Origin: Candidatus Pelearchaeum maunauluense
GTDB lineage: Archaea; Thermoproteota; Nitrososphaeria_A; Caldarchaeales; Caldarchaeaceae
Direction of reading: 5' to 3'
DNA length: 64,000 nucleotides
NCBI GenBank assembly: GCA_030059675.1
Contig: JANVYQ010000003.1
Span: forward strand, 1 to 64,000
In this document: piece after piece, positions 1-9,311 of the stretch
Layout: each line of letters begins with the position of its first letter
Position numbering within the stretch: the stretch's first letter is position 1
The notes under the pieces: generated by a model
Seen by the model: only the letters and a program-made list of their open reading frames with translations
Databases searched by the model: none
Told to the model about the DNA's origin: nothing
Program-made: the position numbers and the translations under genes

Positions 1-567
1 CACTACACGGAGGCCGAGCTTAGGGGGTGGGCTGACAGACTCAGCAGCATCCAAGGCTCGGTCAGGCGCGTCTACGGGTACTTCAACAACCACTTCCACG
101 GGTATGCTGTTCATAACTGCATCCAGCTCTTAGAGATGCTCGGCCTAGCGTATGAGCAGCATAGGTCGGTGAAGAACAGGCTGGAGAACTACTACCTCAT
201 GGGTGGTGTAAGCCCAGAAGAAGCCGCTCTAACAGCATCTCCAGAAGAAAAGACACGCCTACTATCCTCGTTGGTGGATATACCGCGATTCAAGAGAGCT
301 AGGGAGATACCAGAAGACCAGCTCCAACTAGTCGCGGCAACGGAGAGCTACGTGGAAGCTAAGGTGAAGAACTACACCGTGATAATAGACTCTGAGCAGA
401 GGATAATAGCGCATGACTGCGATGACTGGAAGAAAGAACGCGAGCAGAAACGGCTTTGTAAGCATGCGGTAAGGCTGTTTCTATCACTTCCAGAGGAGAC
501 GACAATACCCATGCTGAGAAAACTGAAGGAGGAGCTAAAGAGTTGGAGCTTCTCCAGCGAAATATAG
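1..567 (+). CDS. DUF72-family protein (C-terminal part, 5' truncated by window) fused to a C-terminal SWIM-type zinc finger
   Basis: Frame 1 is open from base 1: HYTEAELRGWADRL...VYGYFNNHFHGYAVHN is a typical DUF72 C-terminus. It continues in frame into ORF 136..567, which has HDCDDW...LCKH (SWIM-like). Confidence 0.7.
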   Translation, partial: HYTEAELRGWADRLSSIQGSVRRVYGYFNNHFHGYAVHNCIQLLEMLGLAYEQHRSVKNRLENYYLMGGVSPEEAALTASPEEKTRLLSSLVDIPRFKRAREIPEDQLQLVAATESYVEAKVKNYTVIIDSEQRIIAHDCDDWKKEREQKRLCKHAVRLFLSLPEETTIPMLRKLKEELKSWSFSSEI

Positions 568-614
568 GGAAAGAATAACCCTAGCACAATGTTTATATCT
601 AGTCATATCCCCTC

Positions 615-1160
615 ATGCTGAATGGTGCGCTGGAAATGGTCAGCATAGTGGTTATCGGCTTCCTAGCTGCTACGCTGGTGATTTATGTTATAGGCTATCT
701 AAAAGACCCTTCAAGCGTTTCAAAGGCTGTGAAGGACACGCTGGGCATGTTGTTTGACCCATCTCAAGGATTCGCATACATAGTGGTCGCCGCATTCTTC
801 CTAGCCAGCATGCTGGCAATACTCCTGCCAAGCGATATAGTGGCCAGCTACTTGGGGAGAGAATCTGGAATGCGCGGAATACTGATAGGCACGACGGCAG
901 GGGCTCTAACACCTGGAGGCCCGTTCCTCATCTTCCCAATCCTACTAAGCCTATACAAGGCAGGGGCGTCGGTAGGTACTTTAATAGCATACATCTCAGC
1001 CTGGGGGCTGATAGCAGTCCATAGAATATTCGCGTTGGAAATACCGCTCATGGGCCTGCCATTCACAGCAACACGCCTAGCAATCTCCGCCGCAATCCCG
1101 ATAATACTCGGCCTAGCAGGACAATACCTACACGACCTCCTCTTCAGCCAAGCAACATAA
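615..1160 (+). CDS. Predicted permease (DUF318/ArsP-like small membrane protein)
   Basis: Hydrophobic 181 aa protein with GALTPGGPFLIFPILLSL..AGAS motif. Confidence 0.65.
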   Translation: MLNGALEMVSIVVIGFLAATLVIYVIGYLKDPSSVSKAVKDTLGMLFDPSQGFAYIVVAAFFLASMLAILLPSDIVASYLGRESGMRGILIGTTAGALTPGGPFLIFPILLSLYKAGASVGTLIAYISAWGLIAVHRIFALEIPLMGLPFTATRLAISAAIPIILGLAGQYLHDLLFSQAT

Positions 1161-1173
1161 TTTTTAGAAAAAA

Positions 1174-1250
1174 TGGCGCCCTGGCCGGGATTTGAACCCG
1201 GGTCCGGCGGGCGACAGCCGCCGATGCTATCCTGGCTATACCACCAGGGC
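1174..1250 (-). tRNA. tRNA-Asp(GTC), CCA encoded
   Basis: Reverse complement GCCCTGGTGGTATAGCCAGGATAGCATCGGCGGCT-GTC-GCCCGCCGGACCCGGGTTCAAATCCCGGCCAGGGCGCCA folds as a cloverleaf. Confidence 0.95.
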
Positions 1251-1369
1251 TTGTTTCCGCGTTATTGCTAAGGGGTTATTTTAGGCTTGTTTCCTGGGCG
1301 TTTTTAAGGTTGGCGCAGGTTGTGGTAAGGTCTTTATAGGCCTTGCTAGGGGCGTTTTGGAGGGATATT

Positions 1370-2827
1370 TTGGCACGTCTGCTGGATGTGGAAGGCCTAA
1401 CGTTCGATGATGTGCTCCTCTTGCCCAAGCGTTCTGGTATCGTCTCGCGTAAGGAGGTTTCTACGAGGACGCGTTTTACGCGTAGGATAGAGCTGAATAT
1501 ACCGATAGTGTCGGCTGCTATGGATACAGTTACAGAGTCGGCTATGGCTATAGCTGTTGCGCGCGAGGGTGGGATAGGTGTCATACATAGATTCACGACT
1601 ATAGAGAACCAGGTTAGTGAGGTCATCAAGGTAAAACGCGCCGACAACATAGCGATAGAGGACCCATACACCGTAGGGCCCGACGCTACTGTAGGCCAGG
1701 CTGCTGAGACCATGCGCCGCTACGGTGTGAGCGGCCTGCTGGTCGTGGATAAGGGGAGGCACCTACTAGGGATAGTTACACATAGGGATATTCTCTTCCA
1801 GCCTGATGATGCGCTTGTCAGGGATTGCATGACACCTAGGAGCGAGCTCGTCGTGGCCGAGCCTGGGGTTGATATTGAGAGGGCCCGCGAGATATTCCGC
1901 GAGCATAAGATTGAGAAGCTCCCACTCGTTGATTCTTCCAACCGCGTTGTGGGGCTAATCACGAGTACCGACATAGTAAAGCGGAGCATGTATCCCCTGG
2001 CTTCGCGCGACTCTAAGGGACGCTTGATGGTTGCCGCCGCTATAGGTGTGAAGGAGGAGTCGGTGGATAGGGCCGAAGCCCTGATAGGCGCTGGAGCTGA
2101 TGCCCTAGTTATTGATGTAGCGCATGGGCATAGTGAGATGGTCATCAGGACGCTGAGAAAGCTGCGCCAGATGTTTGGTGATGACGTGGAGATAGTGGCG
2201 GGGAACGTGGCTACCCGCGAGGGTGTGGAGGACCTAGCTGCAGCTGGCGCTTCTGCGATAAAGGTAGGCGTGGGCCCAGGCTCCGTATGCACCACCAGGA
2301 TAGTGGCTGGAGTGGGTGTCCCACAGCTCACAGCCGTGATGATATGCGCAGAGGCGGCTGAAGGTATGGGTATTCCAATAATAGCTGATGGCGGGATAAG
2401 GGGGAGCGGGGACGTGGTGAAGGCTCTTGCCGCTGGTGCTTCCACCGTCATGGTGGGCCGGCTCCTCGCTGGGACTGATGAGAGCCCTGGCGCAGTCGTT
2501 GTTAGAAACGGTAAGAAGCAGAAGATATACAGGGGGATGGCGTCGCTCTACGCTATGCTGGGCCGCGAGCTCAGGGTGAACAACGACGACATGGAGCCTC
2601 TCCTAGATGCTTCCGAGTATTCCTACTATGCTGAGGGTGTGGAGGCTTACGTCCCCTACACAGGCTCGGCGGCAGACGTGATTCGCCAGCTCGTCGCTGG
2701 CCTTAGGTCTGGGATGAGCTACCTCGGTGGAAGAACGATTGAGGAGATGCGTAGGAACGCGGAGTTCATCAGAATAAGCCAGGCAGCGGTGAAGGAGAGC
2801 TACCCGCATGATGTAGAGAGGGTATGA
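1370..2827 (+). CDS. guaB: Inosine-5'-monophosphate dehydrogenase with CBS pair
   Basis: GLTFDDVLLLP, SAAMDTVTE, GVGPGSVCTTR catalytic Cys and YRGM motifs. TTG start at 1370 follows GGAGGG (ORF track starts at 1343). Confidence 0.96.
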   Translation: MARLLDVEGLTFDDVLLLPKRSGIVSRKEVSTRTRFTRRIELNIPIVSAAMDTVTESAMAIAVAREGGIGVIHRFTTIENQVSEVIKVKRADNIAIEDPYTVGPDATVGQAAETMRRYGVSGLLVVDKGRHLLGIVTHRDILFQPDDALVRDCMTPRSELVVAEPGVDIERAREIFREHKIEKLPLVDSSNRVVGLITSTDIVKRSMYPLASRDSKGRLMVAAAIGVKEESVDRAEALIGAGADALVIDVAHGHSEMVIRTLRKLRQMFGDDVEIVAGNVATREGVEDLAAAGASAIKVGVGPGSVCTTRIVAGVGVPQLTAVMICAEAAEGMGIPIIADGGIRGSGDVVKALAAGASTVMVGRLLAGTDESPGAVVVRNGKKQKIYRGMASLYAMLGRELRVNNDDMEPLLDASEYSYYAEGVEAYVPYTGSAADVIRQLVAGLRSGMSYLGGRTIEEMRRNAEFIRISQAAVKESYPHDVERV

Positions 2828-4080
2828 AAGGCGGCGGAGCGCTGGTTATAGTCGGCCTCCAGTGGGGAGACGAGGGGAAGGGGAAGGTATCATACCTCCT
2901 CTCACGAAACGCCTCTTATGTTGTACGCTATCAAGGCGGCGCAAACGCTGGGCATACAGTTGTTATAGGCCAGCGGCGCATGAAGTTCCACATGCTGCCA
3001 GCAGGCTCAGCCGCTGGTGCGGCGCCATGCATAGCTGCTGGCTGCGTCGTTGATATTAGACGCGTATTGAACGAGCTTGAGCTTCTCAAACAGCTAGGCT
3101 ATGGTGATAGGCTATACATAAGCCACGCCGTCAACGTGGTATTGGAGGAGCATAAAGCGCTTGACGCGAAGATGGAGGAGGCCCGCGGCTCTCCAATAGG
3201 AACGACCAGGCAGGGCATAGGCCCGGCGTATGCTGATAGGGCCTTGAGGGCTGGGGTAAGGGTAGAAGACCTCACAGACAGCGAGGTACTGGAGAGCAAG
3301 CTCAGGCTGATAACTAGGCTACACGGCTGCGAGAGGCTTACGAGTAGCGAGGAGCTGGCGCAGATGGCTGGAAGCTTAGCAAAATATGTAGCAGACATAC
3401 CAGCCCTGCTGAACGACGCTCTAAAGAATGGGGAGGACATAATACTGGAGGGCGCTCAGGGGACGCTGCTGGACATAGACCACGGAACATACCCCTATGT
3501 AACTTCTTCCAACACCACGGCTGGTGCTGCCTGCGCGAGCTGTGGTTTGTCGCCGCGTTTTATTGAGAGCGTAGTGGGCGTTGCCAAGGCTTACGCCACG
3601 CGCGTGGGCTCAGGGCCTTTCCCGACGGAAGAGCATGGCGAGGAGGGGTGGCGACTACGCGAGGCTGGCTGCGAGTATGGAACAACCACGGGCAGGCCCA
3701 GGCGTGTAGGCTGGCTCGACCTACCGCTTCTCCGCTATGCATGCATGTTGAATGGCGTTGAATGGATAGCATTAACAAAGCTAGATGTCCTCGCGAGTGT
3801 TGAGAAGATAAGGGTATGCGTTGCCTATGCGGCTGATGGCGGGGAGATAAGCATAGCATCGCCGCACATACTGGGTAAGGCTTCTGTGAAGCCTGTGTAT
3901 GAGGAGTTCAGCTCCTGGCATAAGCCATCAATGGAGGAGGCGCGCCGCATAGCGGCAAGGGGCTGGGACGAGCTGCCAACAGCTATGCGCGAGTATGTGG
4001 AGTCCGTTGAGAAGATGCTTGGAATACCAATTAGGTTGGCATCAATAGGCGAGGAGACGGGGCTGGAGGTATGGAGATAG
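2824..4080 (+). CDS. purA: Adenylosuccinate synthetase
   Basis: GLQWGDEGKGK, QGGANAGHT, EGAQG, GTYPYVTSS, TTGRPRRVGWLD motifs; ATGA overlap with guaB. Confidence 0.96.
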   Translation: MKGGGALVIVGLQWGDEGKGKVSYLLSRNASYVVRYQGGANAGHTVVIGQRRMKFHMLPAGSAAGAAPCIAAGCVVDIRRVLNELELLKQLGYGDRLYISHAVNVVLEEHKALDAKMEEARGSPIGTTRQGIGPAYADRALRAGVRVEDLTDSEVLESKLRLITRLHGCERLTSSEELAQMAGSLAKYVADIPALLNDALKNGEDIILEGAQGTLLDIDHGTYPYVTSSNTTAGAACASCGLSPRFIESVVGVAKAYATRVGSGPFPTEEHGEEGWRLREAGCEYGTTTGRPRRVGWLDLPLLRYACMLNGVEWIALTKLDVLASVEKIRVCVAYAADGGEISIASPHILGKASVKPVYEEFSSWHKPSMEEARRIAARGWDELPTAMREYVESVEKMLGIPIRLASIGEETGLEVWR

Positions 4081-5462
4081 ACCAGCTGGACGCGATAACC
4101 CCGATAGATGGCCGTTATCGCAAAATCGCGCAGGATGCGGCTGAATACCTCTCCGAATACGCCCTAATGAGGCGCCGCATCAAGGCTGAGATAACCTTCC
4201 TCAAGCATTTCATCACCTTGGCAGAGCCTGCCCTTGTTGAGGAGCTTCCAGAGAATTGGGTGAGCAGGCTAGATACGATAGGTGAAAAGTTCAGCCGCGA
4301 GGATGCGCGTAGGGTGAAGGAGCTGGAGAAGAGGTTGGGCCATGATGTTGGGGCTGTCATGGAGTATCTACGTGGTAAGCTGCATGAAGAGGGACTGGGC
4401 AGGCTCGCCCCGTTCATCCACTTCGGCCTAACCTCGGAGGACGTGAATAACATAGCATACTCAACCATGCTGAGGGACTTCTCCCAACAACTATTGATAC
4501 CAGAGGTATTAGAGTTCTTGGAAAAGCTCTCAGACCTGGCGCAGAAGCATAAAGGAAGCGTAATGCTGGGCCGCACACATGGCCAGCCAGCGATTCCAAC
4601 CACGTTAGGCAAGTTCCTAGCCAACTATGTTTATCGCGTGGCAAAGCTGGCCGAGGAAGTCTCCAACCATGGGTTCTATGGTAAGATAGGGGGAGCTGTC
4701 GGCGATAACGCCGCGCTTAAGGCTGTATATCCAGATGTGGATTGGGTCGGAGCTACGAACAGTATCGTGAAGCAGATGGGCCTTGAGCCATTCCCAGCGA
4801 ATACCCAGATTCTTCCACATGAGGGGGCTTCACTCTTCTTCAGCAAGCTAGCTGTGATGGCAGGCGTGCTGAGCAACCTATGCAGAGACCTCTGGCTCCT
4901 AGGCATGTTGGAGCATGTAGGATTCAGCAGACATGAGGAGGAGATTCACTCATCAACCATGCCCCATAAAGCCAACCCCCTAATGGTCGAAAACGCGGAA
5001 GGATGCTTTGACCTTTCTGGGGAGCTCCTCTCATATCTATCCAGAAGACTACTAGCTTCGCGCCTCCACCGAGACCTATCCGACTCAATAATAAAACGAT
5101 TCTACGGAACACCGCTCACTCTCCTCCTAATAGGCTTGAGAAACCTACGTAAAGCCTTGGAAACAATAGCCGTGAATGTGGAATCTATGCGCCGCGAGGT
5201 AGATGCACACCAGGAGGTCTTCTCAGAGCCCCTACAGCTAATACTGAGAAAACACGGCATAGAGGAAGCTCATAAAATTATAGGCAGGATCAAGCCCGGT
5301 GATATGAGAGAAGTTTTAGAGAACATAAACGCTCCTAAGGAGGTGGAGCAGGAAGTAAAGCAGATACTCGCAGAAGGATACACAGGATATTCTGAAAAAC
5401 TCGCCGAACAACTGCTCAAAGATGCTGCCATAATAATCCAACGCCTTAAACAACATGACTAG
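4071..5462 (+). CDS. purB: Adenylosuccinate lyase
   Basis: PIDGRY, HFGLTSED, GRTHGQPA, SSTMPHKANP signature. Confidence 0.95.
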   Translation: MEIDQLDAITPIDGRYRKIAQDAAEYLSEYALMRRRIKAEITFLKHFITLAEPALVEELPENWVSRLDTIGEKFSREDARRVKELEKRLGHDVGAVMEYLRGKLHEEGLGRLAPFIHFGLTSEDVNNIAYSTMLRDFSQQLLIPEVLEFLEKLSDLAQKHKGSVMLGRTHGQPAIPTTLGKFLANYVYRVAKLAEEVSNHGFYGKIGGAVGDNAALKAVYPDVDWVGATNSIVKQMGLEPFPANTQILPHEGASLFFSKLAVMAGVLSNLCRDLWLLGMLEHVGFSRHEEEIHSSTMPHKANPLMVENAEGCFDLSGELLSYLSRRLLASRLHRDLSDSIIKRFYGTPLTLLLIGLRNLRKALETIAVNVESMRREVDAHQEVFSEPLQLILRKHGIEEAHKIIGRIKPGDMREVLENINAPKEVEQEVKQILAEGYTGYSEKLAEQLLKDAAIIIQRLKQHD

Positions 5463-5500
5463 AAAATTTTATATAGAATCATGATAATTAGGCATGAATT

Positions 5501-6313
5501 ATGAGGAAATATGTGGAGATTATTATCGCAATATTAGCGATAGCCTCAGTATTCATAATACTAGTGGAATACATCCTGCCGATAAAAACTGAGCAAGCAT
5601 CTCTCCTCTACACAATAGATATTATTATCGTCGTTATTATTGGAATAGAATTTTACACGAGGGCAAAACAAGCAGAAGATACCGCGCGTTATCTACTAAA
5701 GAATTGGTATGAGATACTTGCGCTGGTTCCAGCATTTTTCTTTGCCCTGCTTGAGAGCCAAACAATTTTTGGCGCTGTTCTCAGGGGATTAAGATTGATA
5801 AGAGTGGTAAGGCTTATTGCCGCTGCACCTCGCATAGTGAGAGCATACAACGTTCTATCAGCCGTAATGAGGGAGAGCAAGCTGGCATACCTAACGGCGC
5901 TCTCGGCTATGATAATATCGGTTGGGGCTGTCACCGTCTACATCCTAGAGGCAGACAACCCCAACGCAAAAATAACCACACTTAACGACGCCTTCTGGTG
6001 GGCTCTAGCCACAGTAACCACCGTAGGCTATGGTGATGTTGTGCCAGTAACCCCCGAGGGTAGAGTGCTGGGCACCATTCTCATGATAACGGGGATAGCG
6101 ATATTGGGAATCCTCATCTCCACGCTTGGAGCCACGCTGGTGGAGAGGCGTATGAGGCGCGAAGAAACCCTTTCCAGCGAGGTTAGAGAGATGATAAAGA
6201 AAAAGATAGACACAATAGAAAGCTTAACTCAAGACGAGCTGGAGCTGCTGCTTAACCTAATAAAGAGACTCCACAAAAGCAACAAATATAACCAAGATAT
6301 AAAAGCCCTGTAA
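5501..6313 (+). CDS. Voltage-gated potassium channel (KvAP-like, 6TM)
   Basis: S4 helix RGLRLIRVVRL and selectivity filter TTVGYGD. Confidence 0.9.
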   Translation: MRKYVEIIIAILAIASVFIILVEYILPIKTEQASLLYTIDIIIVVIIGIEFYTRAKQAEDTARYLLKNWYEILALVPAFFFALLESQTIFGAVLRGLRLIRVVRLIAAAPRIVRAYNVLSAVMRESKLAYLTALSAMIISVGAVTVYILEADNPNAKITTLNDAFWWALATVTTVGYGDVVPVTPEGRVLGTILMITGIAILGILISTLGATLVERRMRREETLSSEVREMIKKKIDTIESLTQDELELLLNLIKRLHKSNKYNQDIKAL

Positions 6314-6332
6314 GCGGATAACCCGCCGTGAT

Positions 6333-6407
6333 GGGCCCGTAGCTCAGCCAGGTGAGAGCGCCAGGCTCATAACCTGGTGGTCGTGGGTTCGAGTCCCACC
6401 GGGCCCA
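6333..6407 (+). tRNA. tRNA with CAT anticodon, most likely tRNA-Ile2 (agmatidine-modified) rather than Met
   Basis: GGGCCCGTAGCTCAGCCAGGTGAGAGCGCCAGGCT-CAT-AACCTGG...GGTTCGAGTCCCACCGGGCCCA. The GGGCCC acceptor stem resembles archaeal Ile tRNAs; initiator features are absent; CCA is not encoded. Confidence 0.85.
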
Positions 6408-6793
6408 TGACGCAATCTCAACAACATAGGGGAGGCCAAAATTCTATATAAATAGAGTGCTTAGGATACCTAAACAGACAGCCAACCCATATCCGCGTCA
6501 GCCTGAGGAATATCTTGTCCTCAAGTCCAAGAAAGATGCACGCAGCGCTCATAACGCTGGAGGATAATCCCGACGATAGGCGAATGCTGCCGCGGCTGGA
6601 GATACCCACGATGCGCACATTAACAGAATTCCTCAGAATACACTCTATTGCTAAGATATCATCATAATGGAGCAATCCCCGGATAACATCGTGGTTTAAC
6701 TGGCCAATCTATATACACGGCATACACTCTAACGCTTAATATCATCGAAACGACACGGGCATATCAGTGCGAATCAAGGGAGGGTGGTGAGCC

Positions 6794-7285
6794 TTGGATA
6801 ATAAGTATGTAGCCATGCTGGATGATGCGAAAAGCTTCGCAGACATATTCAGGCTTGTGAAGCGTGTGGTTGAGGAGCATATGGGAATGCACTGCGCTGG
6901 CTTAAGCCTAGTCTTAGCCACGCTCCCAAACAACATGCCAGCATACCACGAGCTGGGCTCAAACCCCATCATACTAAACCGCGCCCTCCTAGAGGCCATA
7001 ACGGGCATAGCAAGGACACGCCGCGAAGTGAATAGCTACGTATTCGCAATACTGCTAAACGAATACCTACACACTTTAGGATTCACAAAAGAAGAATCCA
7101 GGGAATATTCAAAGGAAATAATTACGCATTTATTAACGGAAAGACTCCAAGCATTTAAATTCGCGTCAAATCCAATACACCGAATATATCCAGAGCTGAA
7201 AACGATGCCAATTGCTAGAAAATTAGATGAAAAACCTAAGGTGATTAAGGATTTTGACGCGGAAAACGCCTCTTACATCGGTTGA
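6794..7285 (+). CDS. Conserved archaeal hypothetical protein, zincin-like (HExxH position reads NEYLH)
   Basis: DIFRLVKRVV...AYHELGSNPIILNRALL...ILLNEYLHTLG; resembles an archaeal HEYLHSLG family (from memory). Confidence 0.55.
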   Translation: MDNKYVAMLDDAKSFADIFRLVKRVVEEHMGMHCAGLSLVLATLPNNMPAYHELGSNPIILNRALLEAITGIARTRREVNSYVFAILLNEYLHTLGFTKEESREYSKEIITHLLTERLQAFKFASNPIHRIYPELKTMPIARKLDEKPKVIKDFDAENASYIG

Positions 7286-7305
7286 TTTTCCAGCCTGGTT
7301 ATTAT

Positions 7306-7321
7306 GGAAAAGTTTAATATA
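7306..7321 (+). promoter_or_regulatory. BRE/TATA promoter of the AT-hook protein gene
   Basis: GGAAAAG-TTTAATATA about 30 nt upstream of ATG 7351. Confidence 0.5.
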
Positions 7322-7350
7322 TGCATTAAAATGTTGAATATTGAATTGGT

Positions 7351-7584
7351 ATGGCTAGACGTAAATTAGCTACAGCAATAGGTGAAGCATTAGACCTCGC
7401 AGAACAACTAAAAGAAGCCCTAAATACACTACCAACATCCATCAGAGAGAACGTAGCTGAGCTAGCTATACAAACCATAAGGAAACGCGGAAGAGGAAGA
7501 CCACCTGGCACAAAAACAAGAAAAACAACACAACCAAAAAAGAGGAAAAAGAAACAACAGGCACAACAGCAGAGCGGCGGATAA
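7351..7584 (+). CDS. Small basic protein with AT-hook motif (candidate DNA-binding/chromatin protein)
   Basis: 77 aa: helical N-terminal half, then KRGRGRPPGTK and a Lys/Gln-rich tail; own promoter. Confidence 0.65.
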   Translation: MARRKLATAIGEALDLAEQLKEALNTLPTSIRENVAELAIQTIRKRGRGRPPGTKTRKTTQPKKRKKKQQAQQQSGG

Positions 7585-7615
7585 AACTAATTATCAGAAA
7601 AATCAAAAATAATGA

Positions 7616-7707
<92 letters not shown>

Positions 7708-7757
7708 CCCCTTCTTTTTTGTTGTTGTTTCTCCTGATATTATAGCTTTGTTGTTTT

Positions 7758-8055
7758 GGGTGGGCGGCTCGTAGCCCTTCTTCTGTTTGTGGCGGGATTC
7801 GTCTCGTCGGGCTTGCTGGGCCTTGGGGAGGGTGCTCATAGGCCCTGCGACCTTTCCCGGCGCGGGTCGCCCGTTTCAACCAAACCGCCGCGGCTCCTCA
7901 ACGGCTTATGCGCCGTCTCATGGCCATGGCCGCGTGGGGGTCTCGTTTCTGGGGCGTTGCCAGGGGTCTCCCCCTGCGCCTCGCGGCGCCGCGCCCCCTC
8001 CCGCGAGGGAGGAACTTCCTCCGGAGCTCCCGGTGGCCCGCCCGGCCGCCCACCC
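7758..8055 (-). ncRNA. rnpB: RNase P RNA (archaeal)
   Basis: Terminal P1 helix GGGTGGGCGG/CCGCCCACCC, conserved GAGGAAGTTCC (5' P4) and AACAGAAGAAGGGCTA (3' P4), CAGAAACG, GTTGAAACG; GC-rich, about 300 nt. Confidence 0.92.
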
Positions 8056-8088
8056 AGCTACACTATACGCTGTGCTGGTTCTTTAACG

Positions 8089-8502
8089 TTATTGGATGTT
8101 TATTCTCACGCCGCGGCGTGCTGATTTCTTGGGGAGCTTAATCTCTAGGACGCCGTTCTGGTATCGTGCTTTGGTCTCTTTAGGCTCTGTCTCCTCTGGT
8201 AGCTTTAGTTGAAGAAGATACCTGTTGCCGTGCTTGCTTGTTGGTGATGGCCTCCTACATGGCGCTTCTAGGATTATCCTATCCTCCTTCACCTCAAGGT
8301 TTATCTCATTCTTGTCAGAGCCGGGGAGGTCTACCGATACGATGAACTCCCTATCGGTCTCTACTACGTCGTAGAGTGGTGTTATGCATCCTGTCTTTAC
8401 CTCAGTCTCCTTGACCTGCCTTATCAGCCTCTCCACCTCTTCCTCAATCTCACGCTCAATCTCGCGGAGCCAATCCCATGGAGACCTCCTACGAACCATC
8501 AT
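8089..8502 (-). CDS. Small heat shock protein (Hsp20/alpha-crystallin)
   Basis: PLYDVVET...VDLPG...ARYQNGVLEIKLPK; start approximate. Confidence 0.9.
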   Translation of the reverse strand: MMVRRRSPWDWLREIEREIEEEVERLIRQVKETEVKTGCITPLYDVVETDREFIVSVDLPGSDKNEINLEVKEDRIILEAPCRRPSPTSKHGNRYLLQLKLPEETEPKETKARYQNGVLEIKLPKKSARRGVRINIQ

Positions 8503-8515
8503 GCGCATCACCACG

Positions 8516-9271
8516 CTATAGATAGACCGGAGGCAGCTCAAGCTCCTTTGACTTCTGCACAGCGCCCATGCTCTCCGCCGTCCTCCTCATGAGGTCGCGC
8601 ATCTGCATACGTATAGCTTCGGCGCTCTCCAGTAGCGGTGTAATATCAACCTCCTCACCTATTATCTTTGGGAGATGTTTTATGAGCTGAGCCGCTGCCC
8701 CTGGGTCTGGGTAGTTGAAGTGAGACTGGGCTAGGATTACGCCCACGTCGCTCCCCCTCCTTGCACCCACCTTGAGGAGTTCAGCGTTTATACCAGCTAT
8801 ATACCCGTCCTTTAAGGTTTCGGCCCCTGTTGAGGAGGCTAGATACTCGGTAAAGCGCTCATTACTCGCTATGACGAAGACTTTTGGTGATTCTATGTCC
8901 AGACGCCTAGGCTCCGCAAGCCCTGTGAGGCAGACGACTCTGCCTATCTCATGCTTCTCAGCCCACGTAACTATTTCGCGCGAGAGCGGCCTAATCAGCG
9001 GCATGGGTATAGGTATCTCGGAGAACATCGCAACTATCCTCTCACCCTCATAAATCCTTATCAAATCTCTAACGCGTGTGTTGTGAATCGCCACGACTGG
9101 CGGGAGCAGGTCTGAATCAACATAACCAACCTCCCTAAGCTTCAGCTTCTCAATAAGGAAGGAAACAGCTATAGAGCCTACGAGACCAACGTCGGGAAAT
9201 CCCTCCAACAGCACTTTACCGCGCCCATCGCTTATATTGTCGTAAATTACCACACTATCTTCTACGCTCAT
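8516..9271 (-). CDS. Proteasome assembly chaperone family protein (PAC2/PbaA-B)
   Basis: EGFPDVGLVGSIA, YPDPGAAA and C-terminal HbYX-like PVYL. Confidence 0.88.
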   Translation of the reverse strand: MSVEDSVVIYDNISDGRGKVLLEGFPDVGLVGSIAVSFLIEKLKLREVGYVDSDLLPPVVAIHNTRVRDLIRIYEGERIVAMFSEIPIPMPLIRPLSREIVTWAEKHEIGRVVCLTGLAEPRRLDIESPKVFVIASNERFTEYLASSTGAETLKDGYIAGINAELLKVGARRGSDVGVILAQSHFNYPDPGAAAQLIKHLPKIIGEEVDITPLLESAEAIRMQMRDLMRRTAESMGAVQKSKELELPPVYL

Positions 9272-9311
9272 CCCAGAACAATAGTAATGCTGATGTTGCT
9301 TATTAAAATGT

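Noticed and set aside
6418-6675. 85-aa minus-strand ORF after tRNA-Ile2
   Set aside because: No recognisable motif or ribosome-binding site; likely spurious
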